This document shows positions 39,103 to 51,602 of a stretch of DNA of 64,000 nt, piece by piece (position 1 is the stretch's first letter; each line of letters begins with the position of its first letter). The notes beneath the pieces were generated by a model, which was not told the origin of the DNA, did no database searches, and saw nothing but the letters and a program-made list of their open reading frames with translations. The stretch lies in contig CACGZG010000002.1 in assembly GCA_902577525.1 (NCBI GenBank), positions 19,222 to 83,221 of the forward strand, written 5' to 3'. The translations under genes were made by a program, and so were the position numbers. This DNA is from an uncultured Pelagibacteraceae bacterium (GTDB lineage: Bacteria; Pseudomonadota; Alphaproteobacteria; Pelagibacterales; Pelagibacteraceae).

Positions 39103-41655
39103 TTGAATAGATACAATTTTAAATCGACAGAAAAAAATTGGCAAAAGAAATGGGAAGAAAATAATTCTTTCAAAGCAGAAATTAATAAGAATAAAAAAAA
39201 ATTTTACTGTCTAGAAATGTTTCCATACCCCTCTGGTAAAATACACATGGGTCATGTTCGGAATTATACGATAGGTGATGTGTTATCTAGATATAAACGT
39301 TTAAAAGGATTTAATGTATTACATCCTATGGGTTGGGACTCTTTTGGGATGCCTGCTGAAAATGCTGCAAAATTGAATAATTTAGATCCGAAAGATTGGA
39401 CTGAAAAAAATATTCAGACAATGAAGACACAATTAAAGAAATTGGGCTTATCTATTGATTGGGATAGAGAAATTTCTACGTGTTCACCAGAATATTATAA
39501 ACACCAGCAAAAATTTTTTCTCGATCTATATGATAAAGGCCTTGTTTATAGAAAAGATAATTATGTAAATTGGGATCCTGTCGATAAAACAGTTTTAGCA
39601 AATGAGCAGGTTATAAACGGAAAAGGTTGGCGATCAGGGGCGGTCGTAGAGAGAAAGAAACTTAATCAATGGTTTTTCAATATTTCAAAATTTTCAGAGG
39701 AATTATTAAATAGTTTAGATAATCTTAAAGACTGGCCTTCAAAAGTTAAATTAATGCAAAAGAATTGGATTGGTAAGTCTTTTGGATGTGAACTAGATTT
39801 TAAAATATTAGGTAATTCAGAGATAAATAAAATTAAATGTTTTACTACAAGACCAGACACATTGTTTGGAATGTCTTTTTTAGCAGTTTCTGTGGATCAT
39901 CCTATTTCAAAGTTTTATGAAAAGGATCATGAATTTGAAAAGTTTAAAAAATTATGCTCCAAAACTGGAACAACCGAAGAGTCAATATCGCAAGCTGATA
40001 AACTAGGATTTAAAACAGATTTATTGGCAATAAATCCCTTAGATGAAACGAAAAAATTGCCAGTTTACTTTGCAAATTTTGTATTAATGGACTATGGATT
40101 TGGTGCTGTTTTTGGTTGTCCAGCTCATGATCAAAGAGATTTAGATTTTGCCCTTAAATATAATCTTAAAGTAATCCCAGTTGTAAAACCAAATGATAAA
40201 GAAAAAAATTTTGAAATTAATGATAAAGCTTACACAGAAGGTGGAATTATTTTTAATTCTAAATTTTTAGATGGGTTAAAAGTCCCAGAAGAGTCAATTT
40301 TAAAAACTATTGAAATTTTAGAACAAAAAAAAATTGGAAAAAAAACAACTAATTTTAGATTAAAAGATTGGGGAGTTTCACGTCAAAGATATTGGGGTTG
40401 TCCAATTCCAATTGCGTATAATAAAAATAATGAAATAGTTAAAGTACCTGTCGAAAAGTTGCCAATCAGATTACCTGAAAATATAAATCTAAATGTTAAC
40501 GGTAATCCATTAGATCATCAAAAACAATGGAGAAAAATAAAAATAGATGGTGAGGAATGTAATTTAGAAACAGACACTCTAGATACTTTTGTTGATTCCT
40601 CATGGTATTTTTTAAGATTTTGTTCACCATCAAATACAGAAACTGGATTTGATCAAAAAGATTTGGAATATTGGATGCCTGTAGATCAATATATTGGTGG
40701 GGTTGAACATGCAATACTTCATTTGTTGTACTCAAGGTTTTTCACAAAAGCATTAAGTTATAAAAACAATTCTTTAAATGTTTCAGAGCCATTTACTGGG
40801 TTATTCACTCAAGGTATGGTTTGTCATGAAACTTATAAGTATCAAAATACTTGGTTAAGCCCAGAAGAAGTTGACACCAAAGATGGTAAAGTATTTTTTT
40901 TAAAAGAAGATCCAAATAAAAAAGTAGAGGTTGGATCATCTGAGTCCATGTCTAAATCCAAAAGAAACACTATAGACCCTGAGATAATGATAGATAACTT
41001 TGGAGCAGATTCTGTTAGATTTTTTATACTATCAGATAGTCCACCTGAAAAAGATGTTCAATGGTCAGATAGAGGAATGCAAGCGGCATATAAATTTATA
41101 CAAAAATTTTGGAATTTACATTGTAGTTTTGAAAAAATTTTAAAAGAAAAACCTATTCAACAAAGTAACAAAAATGATAATGAGATAAATACATTCACTA
41201 ACGAAATGATCAAAAAAATTTCATTTAATCTTGAAAATTTTCACTACAATGTAATTATTGCTAACTTCCACGAGATTTATAATTTTTTAGTAAAATTTCA
41301 AAGTAACATTAATTGTGATTTTGATACATTAAAAAAGAATTATGTAAAAATATTAAAAATAATGCAACCTGTGATACCTCACATTATTTCAGAATGTTTA
41401 ACAAGTATTGGTGAGAAAACTGATTTTGATTGGCCGGATTTTGATAAAAAATATCTAGATAAAAAAGAATTAAATATTGTTGTTCAAATTAATGGAAAAA
41501 AAAGAGGTTTGGTTATTAGTAACAAAAATACCGACGAAAAATTATTAATTAAAAAAATACAATCTATTCAAGATTTTAAAAAACATTTGGATGGTAAACA
41601 AATCATAAAAAACATATATATTAAAGACAAAATTATAAATTTAATTGTTAAATGA
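39103..41655 (+). CDS. leuS: Leucine--tRNA ligase
   Basis: [26 protein letters not shown]; TTG start with AGAGGA SD. Confidence 0.97.
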   Translation: MNRYNFKSTEKNWQKKWEENNSFKAEINKNKKKFYCLEMFPYPSGKIHMGHVRNYTIGDVLSRYKRLKGFNVLHPMGWDSFGMPAENAAKLNNLDPKDWTEKNIQTMKTQLKKLGLSIDWDREISTCSPEYYKHQQKFFLDLYDKGLVYRKDNYVNWDPVDKTVLANEQVINGKGWRSGAVVERKKLNQWFFNISKFSEELLNSLDNLKDWPSKVKLMQKNWIGKSFGCELDFKILGNSEINKIKCFTTRPDTLFGMSFLAVSVDHPISKFYEKDHEFEKFKKLCSKTGTTEESISQADKLGFKTDLLAINPLDETKKLPVYFANFVLMDYGFGAVFGCPAHDQRDLDFALKYNLKVIPVVKPNDKEKNFEINDKAYTEGGIIFNSKFLDGLKVPEESILKTIEILEQKKIGKKTTNFRLKDWGVSRQRYWGCPIPIAYNKNNEIVKVPVEKLPIRLPENINLNVNGNPLDHQKQWRKIKIDGEECNLETDTLDTFVDSSWYFLRFCSPSNTETGFDQKDLEYWMPVDQYIGGVEHAILHLLYSRFFTKALSYKNNSLNVSEPFTGLFTQGMVCHETYKYQNTWLSPEEVDTKDGKVFFLKEDPNKKVEVGSSESMSKSKRNTIDPEIMIDNFGADSVRFFILSDSPPEKDVQWSDRGMQAAYKFIQKFWNLHCSFEKILKEKPIQQSNKNDNEINTFTNEMIKKISFNLENFHYNVIIANFHEIYNFLVKFQSNINCDFDTLKKNYVKILKIMQPVIPHIISECLTSIGEKTDFDWPDFDKKYLDKKELNIVVQINGKKRGLVISNKNTDEKLLIKKIQSIQDFKKHLDGKQIIKNIYIKDKIINLIVK

Positions 41656-42104
41656 GAAAAATTTTAATTATATTTTCAATTATTTTTCTTCATTCATGTA
41701 ACGGGTATCAACCAATTTTTAAAACACAAGAAGCAAATTTTTTTATAGTTAAGATAACAAATATAACACAAGATGAGATTTCAAATCAAATTAGAAATAG
41801 TTTGAAACCTTATACAAAAAAAAATAATAACCAACCACTTATTTTAGAATTAGAGTCAAAAAAAAATGAGAAAATTTTATCTAAAGACAAAAAAGGTAAT
41901 CCAGTAGTATTTGAACTAAAAATTGAAACTGATGTTAAAATAATCTTTAAAGACAAATCACAAAAAGAATTAAAGTTTTCTAAAAAATTTAATTATAATA
42001 ATCAATCAAATAAATTTGAACTCAAACAATATAAAGATAACATTGAAAAAAATCTAACAAATGAAATCTTTGAAAGTTTAATATTTAAATTAAGGTCAAT
42101 TTAA
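41652..42104 (+). CDS. lptE: LptE-like lipoprotein
   Basis: Lipobox LHSC, GYQPIF; leuS-lptE-holA synteny. Confidence 0.7.
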   Translation: MRKILIIFSIIFLHSCNGYQPIFKTQEANFFIVKITNITQDEISNQIRNSLKPYTKKNNNQPLILELESKKNEKILSKDKKGNPVVFELKIETDVKIIFKDKSQKELKFSKKFNYNNQSNKFELKQYKDNIEKNLTNEIFESLIFKLRSI

Positions 42105-43099
42105 TGATAATCAAAAGCTTTGAAATAGATAAAATTAAAAAAACTCAAGCTCAATTTTTTCTCCTTTATGGCGACAACCAAGGCTTTAAAAATGAGATAA
42201 TTTCTTTATTAAAACACGAGAAAAAAATCAATGCTGATGTTTATTATGAAGCTGAAATATTGAAAGATATATCAAATTTTACAAATACTATTTTGTCTAA
42301 ATCTTTTTTTGACAGTGAAAAATTTATGATAATTAAAAAAAGTTCTGATAAAATTATATCATGTATAGAATTTTTACTGGAAAAGAAAATTGATGGAACT
42401 ACTCTCATTTTGGAATCAGACATTCTAGAAAAGAAATCTAAATTGCGAACTCTTTTTGAAAAAAATGTAGATCTCGTTTGCATTCCGTTTTATCCTGATA
42501 ATTACCAAACTTTAAATAATATCGCTTTAAAATATTTTAGAGAAAAAAAAATTTCAGTTTCCAATGAGACAATTAATCTAATTATAGATAGAGCCAACGG
42601 CCAAAGACAATTTCTTAAAACTGAACTTAATAAAATTGAAAATTATACGATTGATAAAAATAAATTAAGCTTTGAAGAGATAAAAAAAATTACAAATTTA
42701 GGAAGTAATCAAGATATAGCAGAACTTATAGATACTTGTTTGAATAAAAATCAAAATAAACTAAATAATATCATCAATGAAAATATCTTGACCACTGAGG
42801 ATGTAATTTTGATTATCAGAGTTTTTTTATCAAAGACAAAACGATTATTGAGAATCAAAGATAATGTGAAATCAGAGAAAAATATTGATAAAGTTATTTC
42901 TTCTTATAAACCTCCAATATTTTGGAAAGATAAAGATATAATCAAAAATCAATTAAAATTTTGGTCAAGAGATGAAATACTTAATTTGATAAATGAAATT
43001 AATGAATTAGAAATCAAAGTGAAAAAAAATATTTCTCAACCAATAATTATTTTAATTGATTTTTTATTAAACAAAGCAAAAACTAATAATTTTTCTTGA
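42104..43099 (+). CDS. holA: DNA polymerase III delta subunit
   Basis: FFLLYGDNQG, SKLR, KPPIFWKDK; synteny. Confidence 0.88.
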   Translation: MIIKSFEIDKIKKTQAQFFLLYGDNQGFKNEIISLLKHEKKINADVYYEAEILKDISNFTNTILSKSFFDSEKFMIIKKSSDKIISCIEFLLEKKIDGTTLILESDILEKKSKLRTLFEKNVDLVCIPFYPDNYQTLNNIALKYFREKKISVSNETINLIIDRANGQRQFLKTELNKIENYTIDKNKLSFEEIKKITNLGSNQDIAELIDTCLNKNQNKLNNIINENILTTEDVILIIRVFLSKTKRLLRIKDNVKSEKNIDKVISSYKPPIFWKDKDIIKNQLKFWSRDEILNLINEINELEIKVKKNISQPIIILIDFLLNKAKTNNFS

Positions 43100-43925
43100 T
43101 AACCTCAATTATTTTATTTAATTGATCTAAATCTTTATAATCAAAAGTAATTGTTCCTTTATTATTTTTTTTATGACTAATTTTGACATTTATGCCAATT
43201 TTACTTTGTAAATCATACTCAAGGGATTTAATATTAGGGTCTTTATTGATTTTTTGCTTATTTTTTTTTTTAAAAATTTTTACAAAATTTTCAGCTTGTC
43301 TCACACTTAACTTCTTTTCTACAATCTTATTAGCAATAAAAGATGCATTATCTAAGCCAACCAATATTTTTGCATGACCTGTTGAAATTTTTTTCTTTTC
43401 AATAAGATCCAATACATCTTTTGGTAATGTTAGAATTCTAAGGCTATTAGTAATATAACTTCGACTTTTTCCAATAAATTTAGAGACTTTTTCTTGATCA
43501 TACGAAAAATCATTTATTAATCTCTGATATCCTTGAGCTTCCTCTAGCGGATTTAAATCATGACGTTGAACGTTTTCGACAATTGCAAACTCTAAAGATT
43601 TAAGATCATCTGCTTCAGTTAACACAACTGGAATATCCTCTAAACCAGCATATTTTGCTGCTAGCCATCTCCTCTCTCCAGCAATAATTTCATATTTGGA
43701 ATTATCGGAATTTGATTTTCTTACTATAATGGGTTGAATAACACCCCGCTCTTTGATGGAATTTGTTAAATCTTCTAAATTTTCTTTTTCAAAATTTTTT
43801 CGAGGCTGAAATTTATTAGGTACAATGTCGGTCAAGTAAAGATTGTTTGTTTTATTTTCAACTTTTGTCTCACCGATTAAAGAAGACAAACCCCTACCTA
43901 AACCTTTTTTAATTTTAGAATTCAT
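43083..43925 (-). CDS. parB: Chromosome partitioning protein ParB
   Basis: KGLGRGLSSL, QPRK, IIAGERRW, ENVQRHDL. Confidence 0.96.
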   Translation of the reverse strand: MNSKIKKGLGRGLSSLIGETKVENKTNNLYLTDIVPNKFQPRKNFEKENLEDLTNSIKERGVIQPIIVRKSNSDNSKYEIIAGERRWLAAKYAGLEDIPVVLTEADDLKSLEFAIVENVQRHDLNPLEEAQGYQRLINDFSYDQEKVSKFIGKSRSYITNSLRILTLPKDVLDLIEKKKISTGHAKILVGLDNASFIANKIVEKKLSVRQAENFVKIFKKKNKQKINKDPNIKSLEYDLQSKIGINVKISHKKNNKGTITFDYKDLDQLNKIIEVIKKNY

Positions 43926-44719
43926 CAGGCCGCACTTCCAATTTTTGCTTCTTGAAGGACAAATTCATCAGTGAAGCTATAATAAGATTTACTACCAGGA
44001 CAATTTTTGTCATAAACAAGAACTGGAACTCCATGTGAGGGAGCCTCAGATAATCTTACATTTCTTGGTATTACAGTTTGATAAACTTTTTCTTTAAAAT
44101 AACTTCTTGCTTCCTGTTCAACTTCTGAAGATAATCTATTTCTTTTATCATACATAGTAAGCAGTATTCCTTGTATCTCCAAACTAGGATTTAAATTTAC
44201 TTTAATTCTTTCGATAGTTTTCATTAATTGAGTTAAACCCTCCAAAGCAAAAAATTCTGTCTGTAACGGAACTAATAGAGAATTTGATACTACCAAAGCC
44301 ATTACAGTTAAAAGACTTAAGGAAGGGGGGCAATCTATAAGAATGTAATCATATATTGCTCCAGAATTGTTTAAATATGCGGTTAATTTAGTCTTCAAAA
44401 TAAACGCTCTATCGTTATCACCAGCCGTTTCGACCTCTAATCCAGATAAATCTACATTAGATGTAATTATATCCAGATTAGAAAATTTTGTATTCTTTAT
44501 TACATTTGAAATAGACATTGTTCCATTCAAAATTCCATAAATTGTCTGATCTGAATGTTCAACATTTGATAACCCTAATCCAGTTGTAGCATTGCCCTGA
44601 GGATCTAAATCAATTACTAAAATTTTTTTGTTCTGCTGAGACAATGCTGAAGCCAAATTAATAACTGTTGTTGTTTTACCTACTCCACCCTTTTGATTGA
44701 TTATAGAAATTATCTTCAT
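43925..44719 (-). CDS. parA: Chromosome partitioning ATPase ParA/Soj
   Basis: NQKGGVGKTT, DLDPQGNAT, IDCPPSL, IPRNVRLSEAPS. Confidence 0.96.
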   Translation of the reverse strand: MKIISIINQKGGVGKTTTVINLASALSQQNKKILVIDLDPQGNATTGLGLSNVEHSDQTIYGILNGTMSISNVIKNTKFSNLDIITSNVDLSGLEVETAGDNDRAFILKTKLTAYLNNSGAIYDYILIDCPPSLSLLTVMALVVSNSLLVPLQTEFFALEGLTQLMKTIERIKVNLNPSLEIQGILLTMYDKRNRLSSEVEQEARSYFKEKVYQTVIPRNVRLSEAPSHGVPVLVYDKNCPGSKSYYSFTDEFVLQEAKIGSAA

Positions 44720-45363
44720 GAAATTTTTTTTTTTATCTTTTTTATATTAAGTATAAATGACTCATTATTTGTTAAACTTTTTTTTTCATCATAATCCAAA
44801 TCCCATTCTTTTAAAGTTTCATTTAAAACTTTCTTTCCACTAGACCCCATAAAAAGTATAATGTTTTTATATCTTTTAAAATTTTCATTCACTAAATTTA
44901 GAATGACCGGCATAGGTTTGAATGCTCTAGACATGATTGTCCCTGTCTCTATATTTTTAATTTTAAAAATATCTTGTTGAATTATTTTTGTATTCAATTT
45001 TAATTTTTTTGAAACTTCTCTCAAGAAAACACATTTGTGATAGCTTTTTTCAAAAAGATTTACTTTCATATTATTTTTCAAATTTTTCATAACAATTGCC
45101 ACTATCAATCCCGGCATCCCACCTCCAGTACCTAAATCTGAGGTTGTATTTGAATTTAAATCAACAAAATCAATGATTTGTGCAGAATCTAGTATATGAC
45201 GTTGCCTTATTTCCTGTTTTTCACTTGTTTTTTTGCTGATAATGTTAATTTCCTTGTTTTTTTGTTGTATCATTGAAATTAAACTTTCAAACTCATTACA
45301 AGTTTCACGTGAAACATTTAAATTAGGAATTTTAGAATAAGAATTTAAAATTAAGTTATCCAT
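44716..45363 (-). CDS. rsmG: 16S rRNA G527 methyltransferase (GidB)
   Basis: RHILDS, DLGTGGGMPG, SRAF. Confidence 0.93.
   Translation of the reverse strand: MDNLILNSYSKIPNLNVSRETCNEFESLISMIQQKNKEINIISKKTSEKQEIRQRHILDSAQIIDFVDLNSNTTSDLGTGGGMPGLIVAIVMKNLKNNMKVNLFEKSYHKCVFLREVSKKLKLNTKIIQQDIFKIKNIETGTIMSRAFKPMPVILNLVNENFKRYKNIILFMGSSGKKVLNETLKEWDLDYDEKKSLTNNESFILNIKKIKKKIS
45301..45316. promoter_or_regulatory. parS: parS centromere-like site
   Basis: AGTTTCACGTGAAACA, 15/16 match to TGTTTCACGTGAAACA; 14-bp perfect palindrome inside rsmG, next to parAB. Confidence 0.9.
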
Positions 45364-47234
45364 TAAGCTATATGCTTAATAGACTTTCTTTTAACGTGTG
45401 ACAACAAAATATATACAGCCGCAGGTGTTATTCCATCAATTCTTAATGCCTGACCCATAGTTTTTGGTCTTATTTTCTTAAATTTAGCCTTAACTTCATT
45501 AGAAAGGCCTGAAAATTGATCATAATCAATATTATCTGGTATTGTTAAATTCTCATCTCTTTTAAAGGCAAGAATATCAGCTCTTTGTTTTTTCAAATAC
45601 CCTCTATAATGTGAATTAATCTGAATTTGTTCATCAACTTCATTACCGTAATCAGCTATTTCAGGCCAAATCTCTCTAATTTTTTTCATATTTACATCTT
45701 TTTGAGTTAAAATTTCTTCTGCTGACCTAAATACACCATCTTTAGCTATTTTAATTCCATAAAAGTCTGCCTTAGAGGGAGAAATATTCAGACTAGACAT
45801 TTGGAGAGTTATTTTACTCAATTTTTTAAATTTATCCTCAAATATAATTTTTCTATTTTCTGATATCAAACCAATTTTTATCCCTCTATGAGTTAACCTT
45901 AGATCAGCATTATCAGACCTCAAACTTAATCTATATTCAGCTCGAGACGTAAACATTCTATAAGGCTCCGCAACCCCTTTAGTGACTAAATCATCTATCA
46001 TCACACCAATGTAAGCATCTGACCTATCTAAAATGAAAGGTTCCTCATTTTTAAAAGATAAAGCTGCATTGATACCTGCAATAAGACCCTGAGCCGCTGC
46101 CTCTTCGTAACCTGTGGTTCCATTAATTTGACCTGCGAGATAAAGATTTTTTATTTTTTTGGTTTCTAGAGTTAAAAAGAGTTCTCGAGGGTCAATATAG
46201 TCATATTCTATAGCGTATCCTGGTCTAATTATTTTTACATTTTCTAAACCATTGATATTGTTGAGTATTTCACATTGTACAACCTCAGGTAGTGAAGTCG
46301 AGATGCCATTAGGATATATAGTATGATCATTTAGACCCTCAGGCTCTAAGAAAATTTGGTGTCTGGTCTTATCAGCAAATTTAACTACTTTATCCTCAAT
46401 AGAGGGACAATATCTTGGGCCTACACCTTGTATGCTTCCAGAATACATTGCACTTTTAGATAAATTCTTTCCAATTATTTTATGAACCTTTTGGTTAGTA
46501 TAAGTCATCGAACAAGACACTTGTTTGTTAAGATTTTTTTTCGTTAAAAAAGAGAAAAAATATGGATCTTCATCCGCAAACTGCTTTTCTAAATTTTCAT
46601 AATTAATTGTTCTTGAGTCTAATCTTGGAGGTGTCCCAGTTTTTAATCTTCCTATTTTAAAATTATATTTTTTTAACTGCTCACTTAAACCGGTACTAGG
46701 CTTTTCATTGAATCTACCAGCAGGTGTTCTTTCATCACCTATATGTATCAACCCATTTAAAAAAGTGCCTGTTGTTAAGATTAACTTATTACAAATAACT
46801 TTATGACCTTTTAAAGTTAAAAAACCACTTATCTCATTTTCATTAAAAATAAACTTAATTACAGGATCAGAAAAAATGCTTAAATTACAGTAGTTTACAA
46901 GTTTTTCTTGAATAAATCTTTTATAAAGTGATCTATCAGATTGAGTTCTGGGCCCTCGAACTGCAGGACCTCGACTTCTGTTTAATAATCTAAACTGTAT
47001 TCCAGACTTATCTGCAACCTCTCCCATAATACCGTCTAAGGCATCAATTTCTCTAACTAAATGACCTTTCCCTAAACCACCAATAGCTGGATTACACGAC
47101 ATTTCTCCAATTGTATCTATGCTGTGTGTAAATAGAGCGGTATCTACACCAAGTCTTGCTGAAGCCGCTGCAGCTTCACACCCAGCGTGACCGCCACCAA
47201 TGACAACTACATCATATTTAAAATCTTTTTTCAT
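45363..47234 (-). CDS. mnmG: tRNA U34 modification enzyme MnmG (GidA)
   Basis: [46 protein letters not shown]. Confidence 0.97.
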   Translation of the reverse strand: MKKDFKYDVVVIGGGHAGCEAAAASARLGVDTALFTHSIDTIGEMSCNPAIGGLGKGHLVREIDALDGIMGEVADKSGIQFRLLNRSRGPAVRGPRTQSDRSLYKRFIQEKLVNYCNLSIFSDPVIKFIFNENEISGFLTLKGHKVICNKLILTTGTFLNGLIHIGDERTPAGRFNEKPSTGLSEQLKKYNFKIGRLKTGTPPRLDSRTINYENLEKQFADEDPYFFSFLTKKNLNKQVSCSMTYTNQKVHKIIGKNLSKSAMYSGSIQGVGPRYCPSIEDKVVKFADKTRHQIFLEPEGLNDHTIYPNGISTSLPEVVQCEILNNINGLENVKIIRPGYAIEYDYIDPRELFLTLETKKIKNLYLAGQINGTTGYEEAAAQGLIAGINAALSFKNEEPFILDRSDAYIGVMIDDLVTKGVAEPYRMFTSRAEYRLSLRSDNADLRLTHRGIKIGLISENRKIIFEDKFKKLSKITLQMSSLNISPSKADFYGIKIAKDGVFRSAEEILTQKDVNMKKIREIWPEIADYGNEVDEQIQINSHYRGYLKKQRADILAFKRDENLTIPDNIDYDQFSGLSNEVKAKFKKIRPKTMGQALRIDGITPAAVYILLSHVKRKSIKHIA

Positions 47235-47348
47235 GCATTAAATTTATATTCGATTGTGATATTTACAAGAATTCTATTTAATTATTAAATAAGCTTTGAT
47301 TACCAATATAAAATGGCAAAATAAGTCAAATATTCATATAATAAAGAG

Positions 47349-48680
47349 CTATTTTCCAATGCAAAAATCCTTAAAAATACTACCTAATATTTCCTCTACA
47401 TCAACTTTACCAACAATCATTCCTAATTGACGTGTGGCTAACCTTAAATCCTCGGCTCCTTTATCAAAATCTTTTTTATCATTTTTAATTAAAAAATTAG
47501 TCAAATGTTCAACACACTGTAATAAATTCTGTCTGTGTCTTTCTCTTGTAATTAAAATATCTTCCTCAACAATAAGTTTATTTTCTAAATTATTTTTTAT
47601 TTTAGAAATTAATTTATCTATATTTAGACCGTCTTTAAGTGAAATCAAAACATGATTGAATTTAGTAACTTCAATATCTAATTTTCCTTTCAGTAAGTCT
47701 GATTTGTTAATTACTAAAATTGCATCTTTTTTTAATAAATCATTCAAAAAACCACTAAAATCAACACTTTTAGCATCAATTACTACTAGTTTCAAATCGG
47801 CATTCTCTGCTCTGCTGAGCGATAACTTTATTCCCTTTTTTTCAATTTCATCTTTTGAGTCTCTTATACCTGCTGTATCAGAAATAATTACCGGGTACCC
47901 ATCTAAGTTGAGATGTGTTTCAATAACATCTCTTGTTGTACCAGCAATTTCAGAGACTATCGCAACATCTCTATTTGCCAAATAATTTAATAAACTTGAT
48001 TTGCCTGCATTGGTAGGGCCAATAATAGCAATTTTAAAACCTTCTCTAATAATTTCACCAACTCTTTGATCGTTTAAAATTTTTTTTATTTCATAAAGAA
48101 CTTCTTGTGAATCTTTTTTAATCTTTTTTAAATTTTCATCTGGTAAATCCTCCTCTGGAAAATCAATTTTTGCCTCAACGAATGATAAAATCTTTAATAA
48201 TTTATCTCTTAACTCATTAAATTTTTTCGATGATTTTCCTTTCATCGTCTTTAAGGCCTGTAATCTCTGAATTTCTGTTTCTGCTGATATCAAATCAGCT
48301 ATACTTTCGGCTTTTAATAGATTTATTTTACCATTCATAAAAGCAATTTTTGTAAATTCTCCTGGTTCAGCTAATCTACAATCTTTTATTTTTGAAATTT
48401 CATTTTGAATGGCAGTTATAACTGAATGACCCCCATGAATCTGGATTTCAGCCATATCCTCTCCTGTATAGCTCTGAGGCCCTGGAAACCATAAGATTAA
48501 TCCTTCATCAATTAGTTCAGAAGTGTTAATATTGTTTATTTTTCTCAGAGTAGCAACTCTTGGACGAGGGATATTGGTTCCAGTCAGGGATTTTATTACA
48601 TTAGCTGCATCTGGTCCTGAAATTCTTATAATCGCAACACCAGCCACGCCAGAACCTGTCGATAAAGCATAAATAGTCAT
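47349..48680 (-). CDS. mnmE: tRNA modification GTPase MnmE (TrmE)
   Basis: GPTNAGKS, GTTRD, DTAG, C-terminal FCIGK. Confidence 0.97.
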   Translation of the reverse strand: MTIYALSTGSGVAGVAIIRISGPDAANVIKSLTGTNIPRPRVATLRKINNINTSELIDEGLILWFPGPQSYTGEDMAEIQIHGGHSVITAIQNEISKIKDCRLAEPGEFTKIAFMNGKINLLKAESIADLISAETEIQRLQALKTMKGKSSKKFNELRDKLLKILSFVEAKIDFPEEDLPDENLKKIKKDSQEVLYEIKKILNDQRVGEIIREGFKIAIIGPTNAGKSSLLNYLANRDVAIVSEIAGTTRDVIETHLNLDGYPVIISDTAGIRDSKDEIEKKGIKLSLSRAENADLKLVVIDAKSVDFSGFLNDLLKKDAILVINKSDLLKGKLDIEVTKFNHVLISLKDGLNIDKLISKIKNNLENKLIVEEDILITRERHRQNLLQCVEHLTNFLIKNDKKDFDKGAEDLRLATRQLGMIVGKVDVEEILGSIFKDFCIGK

Positions 48681-48771
48681 TATATCAAAATATAGTATTA
48701 AAATTATACTATAATATAATTTATTTTATGAGAAATTTATTTATGTAAATCAAAAGGCTCTAAGTAATTAA

Positions 48772-50337
48772 ATGAATGATATTAATTTAATAAAAAAACA
48801 AGCTGAGATTATTGTAAATCTTTATAATGCAAAAAAATTTGCTGAAGTAATACAAAAAGGCAAAATTTTGATAAAAAAATTTCCTGACCAAGTTATTTTT
48901 TACAATGCAACATCTTTATCATTATCAGCTTTAGACAGAGACGATGAGGCTCTACTTATTATGAAAAGTGCCTTGAGCAATCATCCAAAAAATATTCATG
49001 TATTAAATAATTTAGGTCTTATTTCAAATAAATTAAATAACAACAAACTTTCAAGAGAATATTTTAATCAAGCACTCTCTATAAATGATAATTTTGTAGA
49101 ATCTTTAATTAATTTAGGAAATCTTGAGCTTAGTGAAATGAATTTACAAGAATGTAAGTCACTATATGAAAAAGCTCTGAGTTTAAGCAAAAATAACCAG
49201 GCTAAAGAAATAGTTTATACGGCACTTGGTCACTATCATCAACAAATTGGAAATTTTGATGAGGCTTTAAATTATTTGTACAAAATAAATGATTTAAATC
49301 CAAATAATACAGGGGTAGATAAATCTATAAGTCTTATTCATAAATACAAGGATAAAAAAGATATTCATCTTGCTTCTATGGAAAAAAAAATAAGTTTAAA
49401 ATTATCTGAAGAACAAAATCAAAGTCTTTTTTTTGCACTAGGAAAAGCATATGAAGATCTAGGTTTACACAAGGAGTCTTTTAAATTTTTAAGCAAAGCG
49501 AACGAAATTGCAGATAATAGATATAAATACAACATTAACAAAGATATTGATTTATTTGATCAACTAAAGAGTTTATTTAAAAATTTTAGCTATACACTAA
49601 AAATTCCATCATCGAAAAAATTTATTTTTATAGTTGGAATGCCAAGATCTGGCACAACTTTAATTGAACAAATAGTATCAGCACATAGAGATGTTTTTGG
49701 AGCGGGAGAACTTAAATTTCTAAGTGAGTCTATTCATAAAAATATATTGTTAGAAAACAAATTTATTAATGAAAAAATTAAGGAAATCTCTTTTGAAAAT
49801 TTGAAAAGAATTCAAGAAGAATATTTGGAGGGAGTAAAATCATTCAATTATAGTGAAGAATTTTTAATCGATAAAGCTCCACTAAACTTTAGATGGATAG
49901 GTTTTATCAAAATTTTATTTCCCGAGTCTAAAATTATTCATTGTAAAAGAGATTCTATGGATATTTGTTTCTCAAATTTTAAAAATTCATTTTCTCACTC
50001 ATCATTATCTTTTAGTTATAACCAAGAAAAATTAGGAAATTTTTTTAATCTATACAAATCTTTAATGGAATATTGGAAAAATATTTTTGGCAATGAGATT
50101 TTTGATTTAGTTTATGAAGACTTGCTAAATAATCAAAAAAAATTAACCCAGGAATTATTAGATTTTTGTGGTTTATCTTGGGATGAGAATTGTATGAAAC
50201 CCCATAAAAATAAAAATAAGGTGGCTACAGCAAGTCTTGCTCAAGTTAGAGCTCCAATCTACAAATCTTCAATAAAAAAGTGGGAGAATTATTCAGAAGA
50301 ACTCTCAATATTAAAAAATATCGTATATAAAAATTAA
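48772..50337 (+). CDS. TPR-repeat sulfotransferase
   Basis: N-terminal TPR-like repeats ([18 protein letters not shown]); PAPS-binding [39 protein letters not shown]. Confidence 0.88.
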   Translation: MNDINLIKKQAEIIVNLYNAKKFAEVIQKGKILIKKFPDQVIFYNATSLSLSALDRDDEALLIMKSALSNHPKNIHVLNNLGLISNKLNNNKLSREYFNQALSINDNFVESLINLGNLELSEMNLQECKSLYEKALSLSKNNQAKEIVYTALGHYHQQIGNFDEALNYLYKINDLNPNNTGVDKSISLIHKYKDKKDIHLASMEKKISLKLSEEQNQSLFFALGKAYEDLGLHKESFKFLSKANEIADNRYKYNINKDIDLFDQLKSLFKNFSYTLKIPSSKKFIFIVGMPRSGTTLIEQIVSAHRDVFGAGELKFLSESIHKNILLENKFINEKIKEISFENLKRIQEEYLEGVKSFNYSEEFLIDKAPLNFRWIGFIKILFPESKIIHCKRDSMDICFSNFKNSFSHSSLSFSYNQEKLGNFFNLYKSLMEYWKNIFGNEIFDLVYEDLLNNQKKLTQELLDFCGLSWDENCMKPHKNKNKVATASLAQVRAPIYKSSIKKWENYSEELSILKNIVYKN

Positions 50338-51602
50338 GCTGGTTTATTCATTGAATTAAAAAACTCAGCATTATTTTTAGTATCTTTTAATTTCGAGCTA
50401 ATAAATTCAATTGCATCCATTGTACCCATGGGGGCAATTATCCTTCTTAATACATTCATTTTTTGAAGATCATCTTTTTCAAAAAGTAGTTCTTCTCTTC
50501 TTGTGCCTGACTTTGTGATGTCAATTGCGGGATAGATTCTTTTATCAGCAATTTTTCTATCTAGAACAGTCTCACTATTGCCCGTACCTTTAAATTCCTC
50601 AAATATAACTTCATCCATTCTGCTTCCAGTATCAATTAAAGCAGTCGAAATTATTGTTAGAGATCCACCTTCCTCTATATTTCTTGCCGCTCCAAAGAAT
50701 CTTTTTGGTCTTTGTAGTGCATTTGCGTCAACACCACCTGTCAAAACTTTACCAGAACTTGGTATTACTGCATTATAGGCTCTTCCCAGCCTCGTAATTG
50801 AGTCTAAGAGTATTACTACATCTTTTTTATGTTCCGTTAATCTTTTTGCTTTTTCTATTACCATTTCAGCAACGGCAACATGCCGTTGAGCTGGCTCGTC
50901 AAATGTTGAGCTAATTACTTCACCTTTTACGGTTCTTTGCATATCCGTTACTTCCTCTGGTCGCTCATCTATTAATAATACTATCAAATAGCACTCTGGA
51001 TAATTTTTAGCTATAGAATTGGCTATGCTTTGTAAAATCATTGTTTTTCCGGCTTTTGGTGGTGAGATGATAATGGATCTTTGTCCTTTCCCAATAGGAC
51101 TAACTAAATCTATTAATCTTGGTGTTAAATCTTGTTTTTTATCTGGTTTTGCAATTTCTACTTCCATCACAAGCTGTTTATCAGGATAAAGTGGCGTTAG
51201 GTTATCAAATGCAATTTTGTGTCTTGTTTTTTCAGGTTCTTCAAAATTTATTTTGCTTACTTGAAGTAAAGCAAAATATCTCTCACCGTCCTTAGGTGCT
51301 CTAACCGGCCCTTCAACAGTATCCCCAGTTCTTAAACCAAATTTTCGAATTTGACTTGGGCTTACATATATGTCATCCGGTCCTGGTAAATAATTTGACT
51401 CCATCGCTCTCAGAAAACCAAAACCATCTTGAAGTAATTGTAAAACACCCGCGCCAGTAATTTCTTCTTTTTCGGCAACTTTTTTTAAGATTGCAAATAA
51501 AATTTCTTGTTTTCTTAAAGTACTTGCGTTTTCAATACCAAGCTCCTCAGCTTGAGTAATAAGCTGTTCTGATGATTTTAGTTTTAATTCTTGGATGTTC
51601 AT
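50334..51602 (-). CDS. rho: Transcription termination factor Rho
   Basis: [33 protein letters not shown]. Confidence 0.98.
   Translation of the reverse strand: MNIQELKLKSSEQLITQAEELGIENASTLRKQEILFAILKKVAEKEEITGAGVLQLLQDGFGFLRAMESNYLPGPDDIYVSPSQIRKFGLRTGDTVEGPVRAPKDGERYFALLQVSKINFEEPEKTRHKIAFDNLTPLYPDKQLVMEVEIAKPDKKQDLTPRLIDLVSPIGKGQRSIIISPPKAGKTMILQSIANSIAKNYPECYLIVLLIDERPEEVTDMQRTVKGEVISSTFDEPAQRHVAVAEMVIEKAKRLTEHKKDVVILLDSITRLGRAYNAVIPSSGKVLTGGVDANALQRPKRFFGAARNIEEGGSLTIISTALIDTGSRMDEVIFEEFKGTGNSETVLDRKIADKRIYPAIDITKSGTRREELLFEKDDLQKMNVLRRIIAPMGTMDAIEFISSKLKDTKNNAEFFNSMNKPA

Noticed and set aside
48691-48713. TATAGTAT-N7-ATACTATA inverted repeat upstream of mnmE
   Set aside because: Short and nearly all A/T, so expected by chance; no independent support.
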